DNA from: Azolla caroliniana | Taxonomy: Eukaryota; Plantae; Polypodiophyta | Direction: 5' to 3' | Length of the DNA: 64,000 bases | Assembly: GCA_043228905.1 (NCBI GenBank) | Contig: JBHGNT010000008.1 | Coordinates: 3,286,001-3,350,000, forward strand | Part shown: positions 40,420 through 52,200 of the stretch, piece by piece | Position numbering within the stretch: the stretch's first letter is position 1 | Layout of the letters: each line of letters begins with the position of its first letter | Program-made: the position numbers and the translations under genes | The notes under the pieces: model-generated | What the model saw: the letters and a program-made list of their open reading frames with translations, nothing else | Told to the model about the DNA's origin: nothing | Database searches by the model: none

Positions 40420-43400
40420 TGCAATCTTTGACTGATTGAACCAGGGAAGCTAAGCAATGCTGTCTACTTTGAAATTATTCCCAGATGGTCCAGAGGATGA
40501 TTCTGTATATATCAACTATTTGTAATCAGTGAAATGATACAATAGAACAGAAACATCTGCTAACAAACAAACAGGCTTGGGCACAGTTGTACTGCATCAT
40601 GCTTGTTTTCCATGTGGGATGCATATTAGGGTGCCAGAGATACATAAACATGAAATGTTAGGGGTCACTTAGTTTCATATTTACAATTTTACATTTATCC
40701 AGTAAATGGACACATCACTTGCAAGTTTTTTATTCTTCATCCATGCAATGTAAATCTATACAGGTGGATTACTTTAAGCTTCATCCTTGTTGCAATGTGA
40801 TAGAGACTGTTCTATTTATCACAATGATTATATAGGGAATGCTTGAAAGTTCAAGATGCAATAGAATAAGTATGTCAAGTAAGTCGAGTAATGTTTACAT
40901 GGTTTTTTTTTGTAAAACAAGATTGGGAATTCTGAATGGTTATTACTGGGGAGACTGTGGTACCCCACCCCCCTTATATTAATATATTGGTGCATCTGAC
41001 CATATTAAGTTGTGTTTCAAACAAGCAGCTCCTAACTTGAAACTTATTCAAAATACATTTAATGACAATATAGATAACCCACCCATTGGGAACATCTTTT
41101 CTAAGCAAAACATTGGAGTAACAAAATCCCATGTCTATTGGAGCTACCCAAAAACAGAATTCTCCAATGCATTAGAATCATGGTTGATTGCTATGTTTTC
41201 GACCAATTGATTACACTACTGTGAGATTTGTCAGATACTTGGAAGGGAGAGAAAATGGTTGACATGAATTCCATAGCATTACACCTTGAAAGTTATTCCC
41301 TAGAGTAACTTTTATCCATGCGCGATGGCCCTTCCACTTGGCGACATTAGTATCAGTGAGGCTAACTTTCATCCCTGAGTCTGGCAGTCAAGCTGCTGAT
41401 TTATGTCCAGCCTGTGCAGGTTCAATCTCCACGGTTCACCCATTCAATAATTTAGACATTCTTATTGTTTGGAATATAGCAAAGTTACAAAAGATCTTCC
41501 AAAGTGGGAATTGAAGGTTTCAAACATTTTCATACAATTAGTTGTCCAAGACTTTGGTGGTGGGGAGTGCTGATGCACTAGGAATGTTTGTGTCATGGTA
41601 CTATGTAGCACTATGTAGCATCTGTTGTAGGTTGCAGAATAAGGAAGTCTAGCTCGAGTAAAGATCTCATCTAAGGGAAAAATGAAGATAATATTAGGTT
41701 TGGTGCATGGGGTCATGGGTTTTTTTGGGGGTGCTTTCAATGAGTTTTTGAGTTAGGAGTTGCTTGTTTGAAACACTAACTTAAATATGTTTAGACACAC
41801 CAATATATCAATATCAATCTCCAAGATCTTTTGAAGTGGGAATCGTAGGTTTCAAAACATTTTCATACAATTAGTTGCCCATGGATTGAGGTGAGGCCCT
41901 TCTCTATAGGTAAAGAAGGCGCCCATGACTCGAGGTGTGAGTCATGGGCTTGTGGCATTGTTTTGAAGAAATTGCTCCACGATATAAAAACAAACTCAAA
42001 TATTATATCAAGTGAAATTTGAGAGCCTTAAAATAAGGTAGAAAATCGTATAATTAATCAATCAAACAAGTTAGCTCATTTACGAAGAGTATGGTCTTTC
42101 AAAATTGAAGTCAAGGGTTCAACGGGTCCAAATTCTTCACTAAGTAATCCTTGACACAGTGGAGCAATGTTGTCATGCGATCGGAGATCCATCCTAATCA
42201 CCAAAACATTTTGATGATGTAGCAAGGAGAGAGGTTTGGTATGTATCCGTTGTATATAGGTCCAATTGATTGCATCACAATCATTGAATTATCAATTCAC
42301 AGCAAAGCTCAATACACTTGGCTTAAGCAGGTTGGCATTTTCTACTGCCAACATGTGATTGCAAAGATAAAAAAATGTTGACGAAGAATATAAAGATATT
42401 CTTTAGAAAAAACGGTTTTCAACTACATTGTTTAGAGAGGTTCTTTTTGCAATTAATGTGTTGAAAGAATGTAATGGTAACCAGCAATCCTCATGCTCAA
42501 TGGCACTTTACCCTATATTTATTATAGTGCTATAGTGGCATACTTTACTTGGTCCTTATCTTTGAAGGGACTTGGCTTTCAATTTTGATTTCCTTTTTTC
42601 GAACACAATTTTTCTTACCCTTGTTCAAAGGAGAAGTATCATGCAACTCAATTTTATTTTTCTCCAAATATTTAAGTGGTCACATTTCAGCTTAGAAGTT
42701 AGGAGAAACAACAAACTTAATTGAGAAGAATTAAACTCTTCTTTTGTTGCATGCCAAGTTGAAAGGCACATTTCTCATTTGAGCTACAATGAACCACAAG
42801 AGGGGAATTACAACGTTTAAAAAAATGAGCAACATAAATTCTACTCATTTAACAAACCAATCGTTCACTCTTTCCCTCTTAAAACACTTTACAATGAACG
42901 ATGTATAGGTTGTATATAGTTAGATGTCTTTCCACAAAATATTCTATGCAATTGTCAGCGAATAAGCATGAGGCTTGATCACATGCTAGTGAGAAGATTA
43001 TTGTTAATTGATTTAAAAATGATTATTATAAAAAACATGGTGAGGCTACAAACGATTCCTAGAGTGATTCAAGATAGAAGAGAGAAATGAGTACATTGTG
43101 ACACTTTTCTCTTGGGGGACGAAACTTTCCATTAATATTAAAAAATTGAATGTGAATACACAACATCCAAAACAAAAGAATGGATTGGATTGTCTTATTT
43201 ATAATAATTGGTTTTGATACAAATTTGCTGATGACCTTGCAAGAAAAGAGATGGTGTATTTTCTAAATTAAAATCCATCACATCGCTTCATCGGTGGCAA
43301 GCCAATAGGAGGATGCCGAGAGGCACCATACCCCAAGTTTTAGGACCACCAACTATTGTCACTTGCCACTTGTTCTGATTGGATCATGGATCCACATGGC

Positions 43401-46400
43401 ATGTATTCACATGGGCAATCGACCATTAGTGTCCACGTGAAAAAATATCTTAACAATATTATGTGTGTATTTATATGTATATGTTTATCCACTAAGCCCT
43501 TTTCCTTTTCCAAAAAAATCTTCATATATTAAAAACAAACACTTACAGCTTTCAATTTGCTCACTACTTTTGTGTGTACCATTCCATCCTTGATTTGGAT
43601 ATGTGGACTTTTTTAAATGTGGCTATTTTGCAGTTGGTTCTTACTTCGATGTTAGCCTCACCCCTTGGATGAAAACCCACGTGGAACTCATCACTTTATG
43701 GGTCTTGGAAATTCGTTTCATGCCATTAGTATATGGGTTTCGAATTATATATTGCATATGCTTCTTCCGTATGTTCACAACCACATACACCTACAAAGCA
43801 AAAACAACCACCATGTGCCCCATACACCTACAAAGCAAAAACAACAACCATGTGCCCTAGAATGAGTACTCATTTGTTGGTGATGTCCATCCACAATAAT
43901 GGTCCAAATCTCTTTTTCTTTCTCAAGGTGATCCAACAATTAGGCAAAAGAATATGGCCCATCCAAAAGGAGTACACAAATGATTTTCAACTTTTGTTTT
44001 TTTTAGACTTGTTTGTTGTTTGGTAATATATTTATTCTTATCCACAAGACACATAAGGAGACTATAAGTATTTGTCACAATGCGTTTGGATGTTTAGGTC
44101 ATCATCTTATGTCATTTACCCACTTAATGACATGATTTTGTCCTTGGTACAAATCCTATCAATTTTATAAAGTTGTCCATATATGTCTTTTTATGTTGTA
44201 AGTTGAACCCCATGTCACTCCATTTGAGCAGGGGTATGCATGCGCTTCATGGCTAGTGGCCATTGAACACTCCTTTAAGGATTTGTACAACATTTGTATT
44301 GTACGAGCAAGATAAACTTTAGTAATGTGAACCTTTGATGATGTTGGATTGTATTTAAAAATCTTGATTATGTACTTAAACTAAAATTGTTGGGTCTCAT
44401 AGTAGCTTACTATTTTGACTATTCTAAAATGCTTCTAGCTTTGGCTATCTGTATACATTTATTCCTATGGGTTTGATTTGCTCATCATTATTGAACTCTT
44501 ATGGTTTTGAAATCAGTCATGTAACATCAACTTATTGCCACAACATCGTGTACAAATGGTACTAGGTCATTATGTTCCTCCTTGATTAGACATTGTACAG
44601 TGATTAACAACACACTATCTAACATACTTGATATGAAAGTCATTCAAAATAATATAGTATACTTCACATATGAAATCAATGTCGGCAGGGAGAATGCTCT
44701 AATGCTAAAGTGCACCTTGGCATTATAAAAGTAGACTATCAATAAGTTACAATCTTTAAATGCATACGAAGTTTCTAGAGTTCATACATTATACATTGGG
44801 TAATGCCTAAGGGTACTACTAAATAAAGAAAATTTCCCATGATTGAAAAGAAAAAGGGTGTGTTTGAGAGCTCATATTATATATATATATTAATCTCCTC
44901 CACCAAATAATGAACCTAAGGAATGAAGTCTTTCAATAAGTGTTGGTTTGTATTTGACCACTTGTTTTAATACAAATAAAGATAGTGCGACTCTCTAGAA
45001 GTGCTCGACACACACGTGTATGTGAGTCTCTGTCTACAATGTATTGTTGATGGTGTATTACGTGGTATGCATGCCCACAATAAGTAACATTTTTGACCCT
45101 AGTCATACTTTCTCGATTTGTTAAACCATGAAACATCATCGAATGAAGTTATTATATTAATTATTTGTTTGTCACATTCCTAAGTACACACAATATAAAT
45201 GAATACTTTAACACACGAGTGTTCGTAGAAGAATGATCAAGTTTTACTCATCAAAGTGTAGATCGATAAAGAGGGAAATTGTTTATTGACATTCAAGGTA
45301 TATAGGTGCTAGTATCAACATGATGCTCCACATGACTACTAAACCAAACTTTGATAGTGCACACAACACAGTTTCCGATTTAATATATGCACGAATATAT
45401 GGGTGAACATATTGGATATTCGATGGCACCTAGTAAATAAATGTCGATGAACCCACATCATAATCACACCAAGTATAACATCACCATAAGTATAATTGTG
45501 ATCATGCCAAGCTTGGCGATGTCTATAATTGGCTACAAAGATTTGATCGAGCCTACTATATATAGTTTGATTGCAATCTAGTTGGTATTGTAAGGAGTTT
45601 CCTAACACATATAATATAAAACAATGTTGAAACATATAAACAACACCAACAACACAACATAGGTAGCATAGCATAAGGAGATTCCTATAAACATATTATG
45701 GATAGACATTTATATTGGAAAATAGTGATTAACTAAATTTAGTAGAATATTGACACTTCCAAGTTGAGATAAACCTTGGGCATACACTTATGAGTTTGGT
45801 ACTTCGTGAGGTAAACTCCCAGCATACACTCATGAGTCTCATAGTATCCTCTAATTCATAGCTCCGACCACACAATATTAGTTCTAATGTCCTATGGTTG
45901 CACCAAGATAATCTAATGTCACTTGGAGATTATGATTGAGACGTCAACAGGTGACAAACCACAAATTCGGTACCATTGGTGGCATTAGAAGCAACAAATC
46001 AAGATCTAACAAGGGAATTACACACAATGCTTTATAATTAGCACACTCCCCGCATCAAAATAAAGTGGGATGGTAGGACAATTTAGAGATTTGGGCCCAA
46101 CAAGATCCCCCCCAAAGGTTGGAAACACAACATTGTGTGTTCCAACATGTAGTTGCGGAAGTTGGGAACTAATCCGGCCAACCGAATTAACATGAGTTCA
46201 GACCAGAACCAACATGAACACCCACTAGACACTCGGCTACTGACTGACGATTATTTCCCCCCGATCAATCGCCATGGTCACGTCAAAGCTACCATTGCTT
46301 GCGCCAATCAGTAAATGGTCACGATCAAAGCCGGGAATTGTTATTGAGGGGTTTCCCATTAGAAGCTAGCATTGTTCACGGACTCGAGCCAAGTATTGTT

Positions 46401-46531
46401 ATGGACGGGTTTCCTATTAGAAGCTACCATTGGTAACAATCGAAGCCGGGAATTATTGTTATTGAGAGGGATTGCCCATTAGAAGCTAGCTACCAAGGGA
46501 ATGCGCTGATTCGCCATGGTCATGGTCGCGG

Positions 46532-46568
<37 letters not shown>

Positions 46569-46707
46569 GAAAGGCCGGAGGAATAGTAATTGAAGAATCT
46601 CATGAAAATGAGCTCCATTTGTATGAGAGATTGAATCTTAGTTTGGGAGAGAGTTCATCTATTTTTGCTTTTTGCTTTTTGCTTTTTTATGTTTGGTCCA
46701 TACAATG

Positions 46708-48042
46708 TCACAAGAAGTGGGTTTGGTTCATGTGTGTTGGGAATTGGCATATGGTAGAAGAGGAGGGGGTGGGGATGGTGGTGGTGGTGGTAGGGGCAAT
46801 AAGGGCATTATTGACTTGGGATTGTAGGAACTTAAGGTAATGGACGGCTTCTTCGAGCAAGGAGGCGGTGTCGAGCTTGGCGCCATTGGGCACGAGCTGC
46901 TGGAGCACACGGATGCGCCCGCTGATGCGCTCCCGCCTCCGCCTCGCGCTCGCCGTCTGTGGGTCGCTCGACAGCCTCACGTTGCGCCGCGCCCGCCTCG
47001 CCCCACCCGCCGCCGAGAGGAGCGCCCCCCAGTCCACCGGCCGCATGGCCGCGCGCGCGAACGCCACCTCCCGCACGTACCCCCCGGCCTTACTCCCCCT
47101 CGCCTCCGGTGATGATGATGATGACGTGGCATCGGCATTGCCCGGGCACGGGGCCCGAGGGCCCCGTGACGACGATGCGCGCCGCTGCAGCTGAGCTGGC
47201 GGCGACGGATTGAAGACCTCCTCTCCCTCTTCTCCTTCTCCTTCTTGTTCTTTCTCCACCACCTTTGCCACATTCTTATCATTACCATCAAATTTCCCCA
47301 TTACATTTGATTTACTGCTATTATTACTTATATTATTGTTGTTATTATTATTATTATCAGCAGTAGAAGTAGAAATAGTAGTATTAGCATTAGTAGTAGT
47401 ACTATTACTATTATTAGTAGTGATAGTATTGTTATTAGTAGCATCAGTATTAGTACTATTATTATAATTATTAGTAGTAGCATTGATATTACAATTACAA
47501 TTATTATTATTATTACTATTAAATTTATAACAATAATAATTATTAGCATTGGTATTAGTACTATTATTAGCAGTAGGAGGAGTAGTAATAGTAGTAGTAG
47601 TGGGTGGAGGAGTATCAATTAGATCCCCATCAATCGTACCATACCTGCAGTGGGATTGTGAATATTCCTCCTGATTCTGATTCTGAAGAATATTCCTCAC
47701 CTCGCGACGGTGGTGGTGGTGGTGATGATGATGATGGTCATCTTCATGCTCGTGGTCATGGCCATAGCCGTCGCCGGTGGCGCAATGATTGCTGGGGGTT
47801 GAATCTAGCACCGACAGCGGGGAGAATATTCCGTCGCACGTGCCGGGCGAGGAATATTCCCGATGGTAATACTCGTGGTCGGGATCGGGCGAAGAATATT
47901 GCGTGTAGAGAGCATGGACATCATCCTCGTAGTATGGAGCCTGCAGCAGGCTCATGTCACAGGGAATGAAGAAGCTCCCATGATTCCCTTCCTCTTGTGA
48001 TAGGATCAGCCTCAGCTCATCCATCAGATCTTGGCCCCCCAT
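46708..48042 (-). CDS. Intronless bHLH transcription factor, subfamily VIIIb (HECATE/INDEHISCENT-like), about 444 aa
   Basis: HEC-like motif [15 protein letters not shown] followed by [59 protein letters not shown]. The first in-frame ATG is at 48042; the track's start at 48051 is TTG. Confidence 0.9.
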   Translation of the reverse strand: MGGQDLMDELRLILSQEEGNHGSFFIPCDMSLLQAPYYEDDVHALYTQYSSPDPDHEYYHREYSSPGTCDGIFSPLSVLDSTPSNHCATGDGYGHDHEHEDDHHHHHHHHHRREVRNILQNQNQEEYSQSHCRYGTIDGDLIDTPPPTTTTITTPPTANNSTNTNANNYYCYKFNSNNNNNCNCNINATTNNYNNSTNTDATNNNTITTNNSNSTTTNANTTISTSTADNNNNNNNNISNNSSKSNVMGKFDGNDKNVAKVVEKEQEGEGEEGEEVFNPSPPAQLQRRASSSRGPRAPCPGNADATSSSSSPEARGSKAGGYVREVAFARAAMRPVDWGALLSAAGGARRARRNVRLSSDPQTASARRRRERISGRIRVLQQLVPNGAKLDTASLLEEAVHYLKFLQSQVNNALIAPTTTTTIPTPSSSTICQFPTHMNQTHFL

Positions 48043-48419
48043 TTTGATCAAAAATCAAACTTTTATATATATGCAGCTGAATTCTCTCCGAATTCCCTTC
48101 TGTTGCAGATAACTGTTGAATTAGTCAGATTCTCTCTTCTGTTGCAGGTAACTGTTGAATTGGTCAGATTCTCTTCGAATTCCCTTCTGTTGCAGATAAC
48201 TGTTGAATTGGCCAGAAATATGGACTGTATGTGTTGATTATTTGCATATAAATCGATTTGATCGTAGCTGCAGATGTTTCTGCAGAGAATTTAGCTTCAA
48301 GATGTGATTAATAAGTCATTTTGGAGGAATTTTTTTAGGGTTCTTGGAATCAAAACACAAAACCTACTAATTCTGATGACTCAACACAACACAAAACCTA
48401 ACCTACTAATTCTGATGAC

Positions 48420-48690
48420 TCTTCTCTCTCTCTCTCTCTGATTAATTGCAGGGAATTTGTGTAGTAGGCTATATATATACACACAGATGATTAAATGAAT
48501 GGAGACAAAGAGAGAAATCTATGGTATTTCTTTTTATCGTAAGGTCAAAAACGTAATAATTTGATTAATTGAATGGAAAAGAAATTTAACACAGACAGTG
48601 AGAGATCTTTCTCTTTTCACGTGCTAATGCTACCCTACCCCATCCGTCAGATCTGACGGACGGATGGAGCTGCTTTCCGTCAGTCAAATC
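48420..48690 (-). promoter_or_regulatory. Putative bHLH gene promoter: GA tract, TATA-like run (~48470-48479), G-box CACGTG (48618-48623), palindrome 48643-48660
   Basis: The motifs are visible in a plausible order upstream of the minus-strand ORF. Function is inferred. Confidence 0.45.
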
Positions 48691-48729
48691 CGCCGTCAAA
48701 TCTAACCCTAACGTGACCTACCGATCGAC

Positions 48730-49280
48730 AGTAAAAGCAGAAGAGAAGAGTAAGAGCAAAGAAAAAGAAAAGAAGAAGCAGATGAATGAAGAAGAAGAGC
48801 AAAAGCAAAAGGCATTATAAAAAAAGCAAAATCAAAGACAGAGAAAGATATATATATATATATAAGGCAGAAAAAGTAGCTCAAAAAAGCAAAAAAGCAA
48901 AAAGCAAAAGCAAAAGCAAAAAGCAAAAAGCAAAAAGCAAAAGCAAATTCCATTAAAAAAAACATCTATTTTCTTCATACGAAACGGAAAACAAAAAAAA
49001 AAACGAAGCAAAAGCAAATGCACAGTAAAAAAGCAAGAGGAAGAGGGCGATGAAAAATAATTAAAAAGGAGGGGAGGGTAAATGCAAAAAAGCAAAAAAA
49101 CAGAGCAAAGCAAATGCATAATAAAAAGCAAAAGGAAGGTGAAAATTAAAAAGGGGGGGGGTAAAAGCAAAAAAGCAAAAACAGAGGAAAGCAAATGCGT
49201 AATAAAAGGAAAGAAAAAGATGAAAAGTAAAAAAAGGATCCCGGGGGTAGGAAGGCAAAGCCAAAAACTAAAAGCAAGAA
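48730..49280. repeat. A-rich low-complexity tract built of AAAAGC units
   Basis: Repeated GCAAAA(A) units with a strong purine bias on the + strand. Confidence 0.85.
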
Positions 49281-52200
49281 ACGCAAGGTCATTTAACAAG
49301 CTAGTTAACTCTTCGTTGGCTCTTTATTTTTCTACTAGAACTTAATACTGGGGAAGTTAGTTTTCTCCTTTTATTTTTTCCCCGGACAAAACAAAAAACA
49401 CACATTTTTTTTTATCACCCACTTGGCCTCACTTTCGCCATGTCGATGTCGTCTTGTCTTTGTTGTGCTCATAACTGAATTGCCTCTCTGCTCTGCTTGA
49501 TTTGTGTTCGTAACGGGATTTCCTCGCATTTCCTCCATTCGATTCGTGTTTGTGACTCATTACCCCTAATATGATCAATGTTCCCCGATTTTATTAGCAG
49601 GAACCCATCGCCGGCTCACTCGGACTTGCTTTTTCCAGGGAAAACTCGCAGATCGAATTTAATATGGTCGTTGTCTGTACCAAATTCCTTTTAACTTTTC
49701 TAAGCTGGTCCCTTGTACACGACATTTTTTTCTTGTCCATGCATAGAAAGAACATTAGCTCATTATTGAAGAAATATGGCCTCGATATAGCAAAGCCACG
49801 AGCGTGCACGTACTTTGTTTCTCTCCCTTTCGTATTTAGGGTAGTTGTCTTGCGGTAAGCAATGTTTTTACTGACCCATGGGCACATGTCCACACACACA
49901 CACATGTAGTCGAACAAGTTTTGGATTTACTAGCGTTGGTACAAATCTATGCTATGTAAGTACTCGTTTTTAAAAGATTCCTCAACTTGAAGTATGGATA
50001 AAGGAAATATGTACATAAAATAGGCAATGTTAGCAAATTAACAATAAGAATCATTGATACAAAACAAAATATTCGAAGAAGGACTCTTCTAATGCTCTTT
50101 TTGGGTCCCATTGTGCATGTCTTCTAGCAGCTCGGGATGTCAAAGTATCGTCATAATCATCTCATGTTTCGACGCCTCATCAAGTAAACAAGTTGCAAGT
50201 TTGCAATGACATTCAATTCTAGAATTCTCTGTGCGTGTTTCTTTCTTGGTCTTGAATACTTTCAACTTGCCATCCTCCAATATTGCTATCCATGGATCTC
50301 CTTTTTGTGTTTTCTTCCCTTTCTCTATAGCAAGTTGCCACCACTTTCCAAATATTATTTGTCTAGGGTCCCTCATGTTGTCGTACCCCAAAGTTAGGAA
50401 GGTTGTTGCCTTCCAATGTTGTTTCTCCAAATTGCTTGGTGTACATAGGCCTTGTCATGTCATGTTTCTTTAGCGAAATGTTGTGCGTCTAGGCCCAAGA
50501 CTATCACTCCCCAGATTTGTTGGGAATCTTGCCAACTACGCAACTTGAACGTTGTCTCTCCCGATTCTGGTATGTGCTTTACTGTACCACGTCTTCCTCC
50601 ATCAACTTTTGACAAGTTACAATTACTTTACAACGTCAGTGTTGAAGGTCCCTACTATTTGGACTCTCATCCTCAATGTTGGGAACTTCAATGGTTATAA
50701 ATCTCTTAATACATCTTTGGCAATTGGTGATTTCTTCACTTGTCTTCCTTTATCTTTTGCAAGTTGCTACCACTTTTCCAATGAAAGTTGTTTTGTCTAA
50801 GTTTTCTCTACCTTTCCTCTACAATTCTAGGCAACTTGCTACCTTCCTCTTGTACATCTTTAACTTCCTTGAAGTAATTTCTTCTCATTTCTTCCTCCAA
50901 TACCAAAAAATTGTTACTACTTCCCTATGTTATATGTCTAGGGTCCCTCTTCTTAATTTTGTCTCCAGTGTTATGCAACTTGCCAACTTCCAATGTTGTC
51001 TCTAATAAAATGTCTTGGCAGTCTCGTGCCACATTACAACTATGTAGAATGTTTTGATTCATATTTATGTGGACTTTTACTAGGGTGCTTATAAAAGAGC
51101 ATAGTTGCAAGCACCAAAATACCAGAATTGTCAAACTCGTGACACATTTATCAATGCAAAGTTGTTACGATATCTTGCCTTGTCTTATTAACATGTACTA
51201 CAATAAATGTCTGATCTATAATGCTTATAGAAATTTTTGTATGTAGCATGAAAATTGTAAATACAATGTAGACTCACACCCTTCTTTATACAAGTGGTAT
51301 TGTCACTTACCATGCAATCGTGACATGGGATATCGACATATGAAATCCTTTTCGTCCAATTTATGAAATTGAGACTATCAAAATACATTGATCCTCTGAA
51401 CATTGGTCATTATAACCACCTACATCAAATCATGGAGAAGATTGGTATGAATATGTAAGGAAACATGTACTATGCCGCTGCCAAACTATGCATATTGAGT
51501 GAATATACAATGTAATGTATGTCATTGATACGTCAAATGATATGCCTTCATTCCATACACTAATATGTTCATCCTAATGAGCTTTTTTTATTAATTTTTT
51601 TTTCTAGAAAATATGTGGAATTTGATGCACAACTATGTATATATAGTTGTAATGAATGTCTTGTTAATTGTGCAGCAAGACCCTCTCTCTTTTTCATTGT
51701 AGTAGTGGTTCTAAGTTTTGAGGGGCAAGTTTGGGGATGGCTAAGAACCAAGTGTTTGTTTTGTTGGTATATGTAAAATGGTGGTAATATAGTTCTCTTC
51801 TACACAACAAACATGTTGTTCAATCTCCTCCTTTAAGAACCAGAAGATGATGCTACAACAAGTGGCTTTTGTTTGGCAAAGGGGAGAGAAACATATTTGA
51901 GAAAGAGAGTATCTAGACTTGCAAGTTAAGGAGGAAGTACGTGATTGTGACATTCAATTACAAGTATAGATACAATGTATCCCTTGTGGTTCACTGTATT
52001 TTGTACTTTGATAGAGAAAGGTAGACATTAAAGATCCAAAACTTTTTAGAATCACATTGCACAAACGGATTTCAATGGTTCTATTTAGCAAGTTGCACCC
52101 CACATCATGTCGTGTGCTTGAATTCATATTATTTTTATCCTACCTTAGGTGTGCCCAAGCTAGCCTTGTTAGGAATTGAAAACTAGAATTTATATACGGC

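Noticed and set aside
41360-41440. tRNA/SINE-like GGTTCAATCTCC B-box
   Set aside because: No convincing A-box, cloverleaf or acceptor stem.
46840-47969. Several + strand and alternative-frame ORFs overlapping the bHLH
   Set aside because: Shadows of GC-rich and trinucleotide-repeat sequence.
48708-49345. Phe/Leu-rich and Lys-rich ORFs
   Set aside because: Products of the AAAAGC low-complexity tract.
50140-51010. Diverged internal repeats (GCAAGTTGC..CACTTT, TGTCTAGGGTCCCTC)
   Set aside because: Probably old transposon debris, but there are no termini or coding motifs to classify it.
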